25,537 bases of DNA, taken from sequence record OY723344.1; one strand, given 5' to 3'. Below are positions 7,820-19,704 of this stretch, one piece after another (the first letter of the stretch is position 1; the number at the start of each line of letters is the position of its first letter). The notes beneath the pieces were generated by a model. It was given only the letters and a program-made list of their open reading frames with translations, searched no databases and was not told the origin of the DNA. The translations under genes were made by a program, and so were the position numbers.

Positions 7820-8703
7820 GAGTACATCAAATCATGTGTTTTCATGTCATCAAATGCATGCATTTACATGATGATACTGCTCATGAGTACCTACCCGTAG
7901 TAGTATACATGTAGTATCCATGGTATACATAGTACTCGTAGTGTATGCTGTTAGGCTATGATGTAGGGGTATCCCGTACCCCTCATACCATCCGTGCATA
8001 CTACTAGTATCCTGTATATCACTAGATACTGTATATGATCATACGTGCAAACCATGTGTTCAGATGTCTCGAAACATGTGTTTTGGTGTCATGACATACA
8101 CATTCTATACTACTAATGAGTACCTGTACATGGTATGTGCTGTAAGGGATACTAGGGGATATGGTGCATACCTCTAATGGGGCATATGCTGCCATTAGGG
8201 ATACCCCCAATACCTGTAGTACTCTGTATAGCTCATTACACCATGATATGCAATAGTAGTGGATTCGCTCATCTCGACTAGATCATGTCACGAAATGACA
8301 TGTTTTGGGAGGTGTGCCGATACCCACTAGTAACACAGATACTGTATGGTATGCAGGTATCCCCATTCCCTCGATAAAGAGGCATCAGGGGATATGCACA
8401 TGCCACCAGTACACTAAGGGATCCAAGGGGTGCCAAAAGGGGTCCAAAAGTGCTCATTTTAGGGGTACCCGTAAATGGCATAATTGCCCCGATTTCGCGT
8501 ACTCATATTCCTAAGGTCACTGTAAGGAATATGGTCTCCGGCGATGGCATTCCCATTGTGTGCATCCGGAAAGGGCATAAAATGACCCATTTTAGGCACT
8601 TTTGGGCCTTTTGGGGTCGCGAAAGTGCACATTAAGACCCCTAATGTCTCCAAAAGGGTCCAAAATGATGCATTCGTTTTCTGCCTGACTCGGATCCGCC
8701 CTT

Positions 8704-8721
8704 CGCGCGCGCGCGCGTGTG
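8704..8721. repeat. (CG)7(TG)2 tract (U2)
   Basis: Same 18-mer. Confidence 0.95.
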
Positions 8722-9107
8722 TTACTATACACTAAGGGCACACAATTTAGGGGTTCCGAGCACCTCCAGACCCCCAATCCGACACCCTCTGGGATACCCT
8801 ATCTGAGGGGTACGGGCCCGAATCCCTTAGGAGCACCTTAGGGATGGTATTGGGGAGGGGTCTGGGAGCACCCAGAAAGGGTCCCAAAACGAGTGATTTA
8901 GGGTCCAAAACACCCATTTTGGGAGGTCTCGGGATACCTCAGATACCCCATTTCTGGAGGTCTTGGGGTCCTCAGATCATGGCATCCGTGTCCTCAGATA
9001 CCTAATACCTATGGTCTGCGAGTCCTTAGTACCTATCTGCATGGTCTGTATGCCCGTATCCTCTGTGCCATGTCCTCTGTGCATGTCCTCAGTACCTAAT
9101 GCCTATA

Positions 9108-9131
9108 CCTATCTGCATACCTATCTGCACA
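9108..9131 (+). repeat. 12-bp minisatellite, 2 copies (U2)
   Basis: Read directly as cctatctgcata followed by cctatctgcaca. Confidence 0.95.
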
Positions 9132-9526
9132 GGTCCTCAGATACATCGCGAGCATCCCGGACCCCATATCTCATGATCTGATGGTCTCCGGATCCGCTCA
9201 TGGTCTCCAGATCTGCACATCCCCAGACCCTAATCCGATACCCACAGCATATGGTCTCATAGTATGTATCTAATGGTGATGGTATCCATAGTGGTCTGTA
9301 TCCCTACTACACACACCATGGTATGTAGTGCATATGGTCTGTATGCCCTCATGGTCTCTGGATCCCTGCATCCCTGGATCCCATACCCATGGCATCCCCA
9401 GACCCCGGATCTCATGATTTGAGACCCCAAATCCATCATTTTGAGACCTCTAAAATCATCATTTTAGACCCCAAAACCATGGATTTCAGGTCCTCAGATA
9501 TGCTCTCCGGGATGCTCGTAATGGTC

Positions 9527-10297
9527 ATAATGGCTCTCAGAGGATATGGGGATACTCCCCGTAGGCCTCTCGGTAGCCCAGGATGCACGGAGGGACATTC
9601 CCTGTGGAGGTGATCTCCTCAGGTATCCCGTATGCCATATCCTGTCATTAGGTACCCATTCCGACCCATTCCATGTCATCAAATCATGTGTTTTCATGTC
9701 ATCAAATGCATGCCAATACCATGATATCTGGTGTTACAGGGACTCCTCTAGATACCCATAGTACTCCATATACTCCCGTAATGGTGTAATGGTACCCGTA
9801 GCCCCCATGTCCTATATACCATAGGATACATGGTCTGCTGGTATGTATCTAGTAGTACTCGTTGCCTGTACCCCTCCGAAAGGGTCTAAATACACCATTT
9901 TAGGGGTCTAAATCACCCATTTTAGGGTCCCAAAAGTGCTCATGGGGGTACCCCCACGAGCCCTTTTTATGACCATTTCTGGGCTTGATTTGCGGACCCC
10001 TTTTGGGGGATTGAATCACCCGTTTTGGTACCTCCAGAAAGGTGCCAAAAGTGGTCATTTTAGACACCCCAAATCATGTATTTGGACCCTTTTGGGGACC
10101 TCATACCATGGCACCATCCTCTGAGCACATACCATGTATCTAGAGGATATGGTCTCCATAGGTATCATGAGGGATACCCCTACCCTATGATATAGGTACC
10201 ATGCAGAGCATGTGTACTCCTTATAGCATATGTAGTGATCCCCATGGTCTCTAAGGGATCTGGTGATGTCCTGGATATCACCATAATCATGTAATCT
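9527..10297 (+). repeat. S sub-repeat, U3 copy 1 (c-box at 9527-9650)
   Basis: Offset 9200 from 327-1097. Confidence 0.85.
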
Positions 10298-10302
10298 GAG
10301 TA

Positions 10303-10336
10303 CATCAGATCATGTGTTTGATGACATGATCTGATG
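10303..10336. repeat. 34-bp palindrome at the left junction, second copy
   Basis: Offset 9200 from 1103-1136. Confidence 0.8.
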
Positions 10337-10386
10337 CCATGATCTCATGATCTGATGGTATGATGAGTACGTGCATAGGTACCAAT

Positions 10387-10486
10387 GCATAGTCTCTCTA
10401 CATGGCCTATACACTGCCATACAGGGAGTGAGGGACCAGGGAGAGACTATGCATTGGTATACGATAACGTGACCCTTAACATGACC
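10387..10486 (+). repeat. Left inverted-repeat arm, second insert copy
   Basis: Offset 9200 from 1187-1286. Confidence 0.85.
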
Positions 10487-11706
10487 AGTACATGGCATAC
10501 GAGCATGCATAGCACCGATGTCTCCTCCTAGTAACAGTACATGTACAGACAGCAGTCCCGTCAGCATACCATATACAGCACCTATTAGTCAGATGATGCC
10601 CTAATAATGGAGCTCGATATGCATATATCTTACTTCCGCGAGGTCGAGGAGATACCTGCCTGTCTTTCCCTGGGGAGCTCCCGAGGTGTACAATCACAGG
10701 CTGGCCCCGCTGCGTTGAGTAGTGCATAAGTTCTGAGCTATTGGGCATGGCAGTGTGCAGAGGAATCTCGGGATAGGTGTAAGGTCTCCGTTAGTCAACT
10801 GGTCACCATGCCATAGACCTGTTAGGTCTAAACACTATACGTGCTAACCGTAGCGTCTGACTGTGCCCTATACCTACTCGTATCGCTGCATGTCCTGTAT
10901 ATACCATACTAGCATATATCTGATAGCATACGTCCTCAGCGATGACTGTCTCCAGCATATATTGCGTTGGGTAGGAAGAGTACTCCTGCTCACGAGCCAC
11001 TACTTGGTATATTGCGTTGCATATCAGTATGCTGGGCTCATCAGTATGCTGGTATGCACGAGCTATTGATCAGATCCGACTGTAACTGTGTTGTGCGAGA
11101 TCCGACGGATTAGGGTTGGTACCTGACGTCTGTGAATGCGAAGCTCGCCAATGACGCCCTGTCCTCTCTAGTAGCACTTGGCTATCAACCAAGCAGGTGC
11201 TAGAGCTCTTAAGGACCGGTACGTTACGTGATGCCTAGCTACGTCAAGTATTAGAGGTGAGTCAGAGGTATCCCCTGTCTGGCTGCGCAGGCTGCTTCGG
11301 CAGGTGCCCACGTCAGAACATGGTATCGAGTACTTATAGTATGGTGCTTAAATGTGTTGTATCAGCCGGGGCTGATAACCTCGCGCTAGAGCCACTACCA
11401 TACGATCCTCCTTAAGAGACGGCCACGCTACGAGGCGCACTCATAGACCCTACCGGAACCTGTCTAGGATATCAGGCCACTTAGTTAAGTCTGTCGACAC
11501 TTCCAAATGGGTGGCTCCTCCGAAACAGTTAGCAGTCAGACGCGTTTGACTGTCGTAGATTTGGGGCGGGTTAGTGTCCGTAACCATGTCTCGCGCACTG
11601 GCTTGCAGTTGTCAGTGGTACTCCGTGAACAGACATGTGCTAACAGCCCCATCTTAACTGGATACGATCTGGCACGTGGTGATGGGATGAGCCCCCTGAT
11701 CCAATA

Positions 11707-11852
11707 CACGACACGATCTGACAGTATCTGATAGTACACGATCTGACACGATCTGACAGTATCTGACAGTATCTGACAGTATCTGATAGTACACGATCTG
11801 ACACAACACGACCTGATAGTACACGATCTGACATGATCTGATACAACACGAC
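11707..11852 (+). repeat. Sub-terminal ATCTGA decamer array, second insert copy
   Basis: Offset 9200 from 2507-2652. Confidence 0.85.
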
Positions 11853-11985
11853 AGTACTGTGTATGATACAATACTGCTGTGCTGGATCTCTCATACCACC
11901 ATTGTGTATTGTGCAGAACACCATTACACATATTGCGTGATAGCTGTATCGTACTGTCTAAGCATATCTGTATTACATGAGTATA

Positions 11986-12086
11986 GGTCATGTTAAAGGT
12001 CACGTTATCGTATACTAGTGCATAGTCTCTCCCTTGGTCCCTCACTCCCTGCATGGCAGTGTATAGACCATGTAGATAGACTATGC
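11986..12086 (-). repeat. Right inverted-repeat arm, second insert copy
   Basis: Offset 9200 from 2786-2886. Confidence 0.85.
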
Positions 12087-12438
12087 ACTAATACGATGTG
12101 TATACCTATCCATTAACTACATCATTAGATACATCAAACCATGTGTTTCATGTCATTAGATGTATCAATACATGATACTACTAGTACTCTCTAGATACTC
12201 ATAGTACTCCATACACCTCTGCAATGGTGGTATGGTACCCGTACTCCCCATGTACTGTATACCATAGGATACATGGCACTAATGGTGTGTATGCTGTTGT
12301 ACTAGTGGTATTAGATGTGTATACCTACTCATAATGAGTACTTCATGTCATCAAAACACATGATTTCATGTCATCAAATCTATGCAATTACATGATATTC
12401 CGTGTATCTAATGATGTGCTGGATACTCCCTAATGGCC
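12087..12438 (+). repeat. T-monomer block, U3
   Basis: Offset 9200 from 2887-3238. Confidence 0.75.
12353..12366. other. Inverted 14-bp head core (U3)
   Basis: Offset 9200 from 3153-3166. Confidence 0.9.
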
Positions 12439-13209
12439 ATAATGGCTCTTAGAGGATATGGGGATGCTCCCCGTAGGCCTCTCGGTAGCCTGGATGTGCA
12501 GAGAGGGTATTCCCTGTGGAGGTGGTCTCCTCAGGTATCCCGTATGCCATATCCTGCCATTAGATGTGTATACCTACTCATTTCATGTCATCAAATCATG
12601 TGTTTTCATGTCATCAAATGCATGCCAATACCATGATATCTGGTGTTACAGGGACTCCTCTAGATACCCATAATACTCCATATACTCCCGTAATGGTGTA
12701 ATGGTACCCGTAGCCCCCATGTCCTATATACCATAGGATACATGGTCTGCTGGTATGTATCTAGTAGTACTCGTTGCCTGTACCCCTCCGAAAGGGTCTA
12801 AATACACCATTTTAGGGGTCTAAATCACCCATTTTAGGGTCCCAAAAGTGCTCATGGGGGTACCCCCACGAGCCCTTTTTATGACCATTTCTGGGCTTGA
12901 TTTGCGGACCCCTTTTGGGGGATTGAATCACCCGTTTTGGTACCTCCAGAAAGGTGCCAAAAGTGGTCATTTTAGACACCCCAAATCATGTATTTGGACC
13001 CTTTTGGGGACCTCATACCATGGCACCATCCTCTGAGCACATACCATGTATCTAGAGGATATGGTCTCCATAGGTATCATGAGGGATACCCCTACCCTAT
13101 GATATAGGTACCATGCAGAGCATGTGTACTCCTTATAGCATATGTAGTGATCCCCATGGTCTCTAAGGGATCTGGTGATGTCCTGGATATCACCATAATC
13201 ATGTAATCT
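12439..13209 (+). repeat. S sub-repeat, U3 copy 2 (c-box at 12439-12562)
   Basis: Offset 9200 from 3239-4009. Confidence 0.85.
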
Positions 13210-14092
13210 GAGTACATCAAATCATGTGTTTTCATGTCATCAAATGCATGCATTTACATGATGATACTGCTCATGAGTACCTACCCGTAGTAGTATACAT
13301 GTAGTATCCATGGTATACATAGTACTCGTAGTGTATGCTGTTAGGCTATGATGTAGGGGTATCCCGTACCCCTCATACCATCCGTGCATACTACTAGTAT
13401 CCTGTATATCACTAGATACTGTATATGATCATACGTGCAAACCATGTGTTCAGATGTCTCGAAACATGTGTTTTGGTGTCATGACATACACATTCTATAC
13501 TACTAATGAGTACCTGTACATGGTATGTGCTGTAAGGGATACTAGGGGATATGGTGCATACCTCTAATGGGGCATATGCTGCCATTAGGGATACCCCCAA
13601 TACCTGTAGTACTCTGTATAGCTCATTACACCATGATATGCAATAGTAGTGGATTCGCTCATCTCGACTAGATCATGTCACGAAATGACATGTTTCAGGA
13701 GATGTGCTGATACCCACTAGTAACACAGATACTGTATGGTATGCAGGTATCCCCATTCCCTCGATAAAGAGGCATCAGGGGATATGCACATGCCACCAGT
13801 ACACTAAGGGATCCAAGGGGTGCCAAAAGGGGTCCAAAAGTGCTCATTTAGGGGTACCCGTAAATGGCATAATTGCCCCGATTTCGCGTACTCATATTCC
13901 TAAGGTCACTGTAAGGAATATGGTCTCCGGCGATGGCATTCCCATTGTGTGCATCCGGAAAGGGCATAAAATGACCCATTTTAGGCACTTTTGGGCCTTT
14001 TGGGGTCGCGAAAGTGCACATTAAGACCCCTAATGTCTCCAAAAGGGTCCAAAATGATGCATTCGTTTTCTGCCTGACTCGGATCCGCCCTT

Positions 14093-14110
14093 CGCGCGCG
14101 CGCGCGTGTG
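14093..14110. repeat. (CG)7(TG)2 tract (U3)
   Basis: Same 18-mer. Confidence 0.95.
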
Positions 14111-14516
14111 TTACTATACACTAAGGGCACACAATTTAGGGGTTCCGAGCACCTCCAGACCCCCAATCCGACACCCTCTGGGATACCCTATCTGAGGGGT
14201 ACGGGCCCGAATCCCTTAGGAGCACCTTAGGGATGGCATTGGGGAGGGGTCTGGGAGCACCCAGAAAGGGTCCCAAAACGAGTGATTTAGGGTCCAAAAC
14301 ACCCATTTTGGGAGGTCTCGGGATACCTCAGATACCCCATTTCTGGAGGTCTTGGGTCCTCAGATCATGGCATCCGTGTCCTCAGATACCTAATACCTAT
14401 GGTCTGCGAGTCCTTAGTACCTATCTGCATGGTCTGTATGCCCGTATCCTCTGTGCCATGTCCTCTGTGCATGTCCTCAGTACCTCTCTGCGAGTCCTTA
14501 GTACCTAATGCCTATA

Positions 14517-14564
14517 CCTATCTGCATACCTATCTGCATACCTATCTGCATACCTATCTGCACA
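14517..14564 (+). repeat. 12-bp minisatellite, 4 copies (U3)
   Basis: Offset 9200 from 5317-5364. Confidence 0.95.
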
Positions 14565-14962
14565 GGTCCTCAGATACATCGCGAGCATCCCCGGACCCCA
14601 TATCTCATGATCTGATGGTCTCCGGATCCGCTCATGGTCTCCAGATCTGCACATCCCCAGACCCCTAATCCGATACCCACAGCATATGGTCTCATAGTAT
14701 GTATCTAATGGTGATGGTATCCATAGTGGTCTGTATCCCTACTACACACACCATGGTATGTAGTGCATATGGTCTGTATGCCCTCATGGTCTCTGGATCC
14801 CTGCATCCCTGGATCCCATACCCATGGCATCCCCAGACCCCCGGATCTCATGATTCCAGACCCCAAATCCATCATTTTGAGACCTCTAAAATCATCATTT
14901 TAGACCCCAAAACCATGGATTTCAGGTCCTCAGATATGCTCTCCGGGATGCTCGTAATGGTC

Positions 14963-15732
14963 ATAATGGCTCTCAGAGGATATGGGGATACTCCCCGTAG
15001 GCCTCTCGGTAGCCCAGGATGCACGGAGGGACATTCCCTGTGGAGGTGATCTCCTCAGGTATCCCGTATGCCATATCCTGTCATTAGGTACCCATTCCGA
15101 CCCATTCCATGTCATCAAATCATGTGTTTTCATGTCATCAAATGCATGCCAATACCATGATATCTGGTGTTACAGGGACTCCTCTAGATACCCATAGTAC
15201 TCCATATACTCCCGTAATGGTGTAATGGTACCCGTAGCCCCCATGTCCTATATACCATAGGATACATGGTCTGCTGGTATGTATCTAGTAGTACTCGTTG
15301 CCTGTACCCCTCCGAAAGGGTCTAAATACACCATTTTAGGGGTCTAAATCACCCATTTTAGGGTCCCAAAAGTGCTCATGGGGGTACCCCCACGAGCCCT
15401 TTTTATGACCATTTCTGGGCTTGATTTGCGGACCCCTTTTGGGGGATTGAATCACCCGTTTTGGTACCTCCAGAAAGGTGCCAAAAGTGGTCATTTTAGA
15501 CCCCTAAATCATGTATTTAGACCCTTTTGGGGACCTCATACCATGGCACCATCCTCTGAGCACATACCATGTATCTAGAGGATATGGTCTCCATAGGCAT
15601 CATGAGGGATACCCCTACCCTATGATATAGGTACCATGCAGAGCATGTGTACTCCTTATAGCATATGTAGTGATCCCCATGGTCTCTAAGGGATCTGGTG
15701 ATGTACTGGATATCACCATAATCATGTAATCT
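14963..15732 (+). repeat. S sub-repeat, U4 copy 1 (c-box at 14963-15086)
   Basis: Offset 9200 from 5763-6532. Confidence 0.85.
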
Positions 15733-16248
15733 GAGTACATCAAATCATGTGTTTTCATGTCATCAAATGCATGCAATATCATGATATCTGGTGTCTACTG
15801 GATACCCTCTATACATCATATAGTACCCAAATACCTGCAAGGGCGGATCCTTATGGTTCCCCTTGTACGGATATGCTGTAGTACTAGTGTTAGTGGGTAC
15901 CATAATGAGTACATATCGAGTACTTCATATCATCAAATCATGTGTTTCATGTCATCAAATGCATGCCAATACATGATATCTGGTGATTACTGGATACTCC
16001 CTATATACCATATAGTACTCCATACACCTCTGCATGGTGTAATGGTACCCGTACTCCCCATGTACTGTATACCATAGGATACATGGTACTAATGGTGTGT
16101 ATGCTGTTGTACTAGTGGTATTAGATGTGTATACCTACTCATAATGAGTACTTCATGTCATCAAAACACATGATTTCATGTCATCAAATCTATGCAATTA
16201 CATGATATTCCGTGTATCTAATGATGTGCTGGATACTCCCTAATGGCC
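15733..16248 (+). repeat. T-monomer block, U4
   Basis: Offset 9200 from 6533-7048. Confidence 0.8.
16163..16176. other. Inverted 14-bp head core (U4)
   Basis: Offset 9200 from 6963-6976. Confidence 0.9.
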
Positions 16249-17019
16249 ATAATGGCTCTTAGAGGATATGGGGATACTCCCCGTAGGCCTCTCGGTAGCC
16301 TGGATGTGCAGAGAGGGTATTCCCTGTGGAGGTGGTCTCCTCAGGTATCCCGTATGCCATATCCTGTCATTAGATGTGTATACCTACTCATTTCATGTCA
16401 TCAAATCATGTGTTTTCATGTCATCAAATGCATGCCAATACCATGATATCTGGTGTTACAGGGACTCCTCTAGATACCCATAGTACTCCATATACTCCCG
16501 TAATGGTGTAATGGTACCCGTAGCCCCCATGTCCTATATACCATAGGATACATGGTCTGCTGGTATGTATCTAGTAGTACTCGTTGCCTGTACCCCTCCG
16601 AAAGGGTCTAAATACACCATTTTAGGGGTCTAAATCACCCATTTTAGGGTCCCAAAAGTGCTCATGGGGGTACCCCCACGAGCCCTTTTTATGACCATTT
16701 CTGGGCTTGATTTGCGGACCCCTTTTGGGGGATTGAATCACCCGTTTTGGTACCTCCAGAAAGGTGCCAAAAGTGGTCATTTTAGACACCCCAAATCATG
16801 TATTTGGACCCTTTTGGGGACCTCATACCATGGCACCATCCTCTGAGCACATACCATGTATCTAGAGGATATGGTCTCCATAGGTATCATGAGGGATACC
16901 CCTACCCTATGATATAGGTACCATGCAGAGCATGTGTACTCCTTATAGCATATGTAGTGATCCCCATGGTCTCTAAGGGATCTGGTGATGTCCTGGATAT
17001 CACCATAATCATGTAATCT
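16249..17019 (+). repeat. S sub-repeat, U4 copy 2 (c-box at 16249-16372)
   Basis: Offset 9200 from 7049-7819. Confidence 0.85.
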
Positions 17020-17903
17020 GAGTACATCAAATCATGTGTTTTCATGTCATCAAATGCATGCATTTACATGATGATACTGCTCATGAGTACCTACCCGTAG
17101 TAGTATACATGTAGTATCCATGGTATACATAGTACTCGTAGTGTATGCTGTTAGGCTATGATGTAGGGGTATCCCGTACCCCTCATACCATCCGTGCATA
17201 CTACTAGTATCCTGTATATCACTAGATACTGTATATGATCATACGTGCAAACCATGTGTTCAGATGTCTCGAAACATGTGTTTTGGTGTCATGACATACA
17301 CATTCTATACTACTAATGAGTACCTGTACATGGTATGTGCTGTAAGGGATACTAGGGGATATGGTGCATACCTCTAATGGGGCATATGCTGCCATTAGGG
17401 ATACCCCCAATACCTGTAGTACTCTGTATAGCTCATTACACCATGATATGCAATAGTAGTGGATTCGCTCATCTCGACTAGATCATGTCACGAAATGACA
17501 TGTTTTGGGAGGTGTGCCGATACCCACTAGTAACACAGATACTGTATGGTATGCAGGTATCCCCATTCCCTCGATAAAGAGGCATCAGGGGATATGCACA
17601 TGCCACCAGTACACTAAGGGATCCAAGGGGTGCCAAAAGGGGTCCAAAAGTGCTCATTTTAGGGGTACCCGTAAATGGCATAATTGCCCCGATTTCGCGT
17701 ACTCATATTCCTAAGGTCACTGTAAGGAATATGGTCTCCGGCGATGGCATTCCCATTGTGTGCATCCGGAAAGGGCATAAAATGACCCATTTTAGGCACT
17801 TTTGGGCCTTTTGGGGTCGCGAAAGTGCACATTAAGACCCCTAATGTCTCCAAAAGGGTCCAAAATGATGCATTCGTTTTCTGCCTGACTCGGATCCGCC
17901 CTT

Positions 17904-17921
17904 CGCGCGCGCGCGCGTGTG
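17904..17921. repeat. (CG)7(TG)2 tract (U4)
   Basis: Same 18-mer. Confidence 0.95.
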
Positions 17922-18328
17922 TTACTATACACTAAGGGCACACAATTTAGGGGTTCCGAGCACCTCCAGACCCCCAATCCGACACCCTCTGGGATACCCT
18001 ATCTGAGGGGTACGGGCCCGAATCCCTTAGGAGCACCTTAGGGATGGCATTGGGGAGGGGTCTGGGAGCACCCAGAAAGGGTCCCAAAACGAGTGATTTA
18101 GGGTCCAAAACACCCATTTTGGGAGGTCTCGGGATACCTCAGATACCCCATTTCTGGAGGTCTTGGGGTCCTCAGATCATGGCATCCGTGTCCTCAGATA
18201 CCTAATACCTATGGTCTGCGAGTCCTTAGTACCTATCTGCATGGTCTGTATGCCCGTATCCTCTGTGCCATGTCCTCTGTGCATGTCCTCAGTACCTCTC
18301 TGCGAGTCCTTAGTACCTAATGCCTATA

Positions 18329-18364
18329 CCTATCTGCATACCTATCTGCATACCTATCTGCACA
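18329..18364 (+). repeat. 12-bp minisatellite, 3 copies (U4)
   Basis: Read directly. It has one more copy than its higher-order-repeat counterpart in U2. Confidence 0.95.
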
Positions 18365-18761
18365 GGTCCTCAGATACATCGCGAGCATCTCCGGACCCCA
18401 TATCTCATGATCTGATGGTCTCCGGATCCGCTCATGGTCTCCAGATCTGCACATCCCCAGACCCCTAATCCGATACCCACAGCATATGGTCTCATAGTAT
18501 GTATCTAATGGTGATGGTATCCATAGTGGTCTGTATCCCTACTACACACACCATGGTATGTAGTGCATATGGTCTGTATGCCCTCATGGTCTCCGGATCC
18601 CTGCATCCCTGGATCCCATACCCATGGCATCCCCAGACCCCGGATCTCATGATTCCAGACCCCAAATCCATCATTTTGAGACCTCTAAAATCATCATTTT
18701 AGACCCCAAAACCATGGATTTCAGGTCCTCAGATATGCTCTCCGGGATGCTCGTAATGGTC

Positions 18762-18885
18762 ATAATGGCTCTCAGAGGATATGGGGATACTCCCCGTAGG
18801 CCTCTCGGTAGCCCAGGATGCACGGAGGGACATTCCCTGTGGAGGTGATCTCCTCAGGTATCCCGTATGCCATATCCTGTCATTA
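18762..18885 (+). repeat. c-box, U5 copy 1
   Basis: The 124-bp block from ataatggctctcagagg to cctgtcatta, the same type as 327-450. Confidence 0.9.
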
Positions 18886-18905
18886 GGTACCCATTCCGAC
18901 CCATT

Positions 18906-19312
18906 TGGTGTCCCCAAAATCATCACTTTTGGTGACCAAAGGGGTACCCCTTTGCAACACGTTTTGGGACCCCCTAAAATGGTCACTTTTGGGACCTCTT
19001 TAGGTACCCTTCCCGGCACCCCTTAAGGGCCATCCTTCGAGGAATGGCACCATTTAGGGGGTCTGAAAGGGGGTCAGAAAGGGTGCTAAAAGGGTACATG
19101 CATGAGTACTCACACACCATCTTTAAGGGGTTTCGGGGGGTTCTGTATCCCTCGAAGGATCCCCCTTAGTATATGGGGTGGTGTTCCCATGTGCAAAAGG
19201 GGCTAAAAGTGGTGTTTTCGACCCTTTTGCATGCCAAAACCACCAAAATCGATGGTTTTGAGCACCCCAAATCACTCATTTTGGGGGTTTCGGGCCCTGT
19301 CCAATACCCTCC
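18906..19312 (+). repeat. L module, beta-specific and rich in dyad boxes (U5)
   Basis: Diverges from alpha units after ccgacccatt (alpha continues ccatgtcatc; beta continues tggtgtcccc). It is dense in GGNCC-AAAA...TTTT-GGNCC boxes and occurs only here and at 22602-23008. Confidence 0.8.
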
Positions 19313-19410
19313 ATAATGGTCTCTTAGAGGATATGGGGTACTGCATGTAGGCCTCTCGGTAGCCCAGGATGCACGGAGGGACATTCCCTGTGGAGGTGAT
19401 CTCCTCAGGT
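19313..19410 (+). repeat. Truncated c-box variant, U5 copy 2
   Basis: The sequence ataatggtctcttagaggatatggggtactgcatgtaggcctctcgg...ctcctcaggt matches the c-box for 98 bp, then diverges. Confidence 0.85.
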
Positions 19411-19704
19411 TCCATAATGCCCTAGATGTGCTAATCCCGTGCCGATACCTACTCGCAACACATGTTTTGGGACCCCTAAAACATGTATTTCGACCCATTT
19501 GGGGTCCTCATACCATGGCACCATCCTCTGTGCACATACCATGTATCTAGAGGATGTGGTCTCCATAGGTATCGTGGGCATATCCCCTACCCTATGATAT
19601 AGGTACCATGCAGAGCATGTATACTCCTTATAGCATATGTAGTGATCCCCATGGTGTCTAAGGGATCTGGTGATGTACTGGATATCACCATAATCATGTA
19701 ATCT

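Larger units (their letters stand above)
1..9200. repeat. Higher-order repeat copy 1 (U1+U2)
   Basis: Matches 9201-18297 at a constant offset of 9200 bp. Lines compared by eye were identical except 8848 t vs 18048 c. Confidence 0.9.
5435..9200. repeat. Unit U2 (alpha-short, no insert)
   Basis: Phase motif at 5435 and 9201. Layout: leader 5435-5762, S1 5763-6532, T block 6533-7048, S2 7049-7819, tail 7820-9200. Confidence 0.9.
7820..9200 (+). repeat. Tail block, U2
   Basis: Same block as 4010-5434, with 1-bp indels, no 21-bp segment and only two 12-mers. Confidence 0.85.
10387..12086. mobile_element. Second copy of the 1.7 kb insert, duplicated as part of the 9.2 kb repeat
   Basis: Offset 9200 from 1187-2886. 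Flanks and all track ORFs are identical, so this copy arose by segmental duplication rather than an independent insertion. Confidence 0.5.
9201..14634. repeat. Unit U3 (copy of U1)
   Basis: Offset 9200 from U1. All track ORFs are identical to those of U1. Confidence 0.9.
13210..14634 (+). repeat. Tail block, U3
   Basis: Offset 9200 from 4010-5434. Confidence 0.85.
9201..18434. repeat. Higher-order repeat copy 2 (U3+U4)
   Basis: Offset 9200 from copy 1. It is 34 bp longer at its 3' end: a 21-bp indel, one extra 12-mer and one extra base. Confidence 0.9.
14635..18434. repeat. Unit U4 (copy of U2 with a variant 3' end)
   Basis: Offset 9200 from U2 up to 18297, after which it carries the 21-bp segment and a third 12-mer that U2 lacks. 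Confidence 0.9.
17020..18434 (+). repeat. Tail block, U4
   Basis: Offset 9200 from 7820 up to 18297, then a variant 3' end. Confidence 0.85.

Noticed and set aside
19175-19185. Kinetoplast-minicircle-like signals. ggggtggtgtt is close to the universal minicircle sequence GGGGTTGGTGTA. There is tcccgtgc nearby (19435-19442), and phased A/T tracts suggest bent DNA.
   Set aside because: The 12-mer does not match exactly. It occurs only in the beta L module, and the unit sizes and layout are not minicircle-like. I kept only the generic bent-DNA and dyad-box observation.
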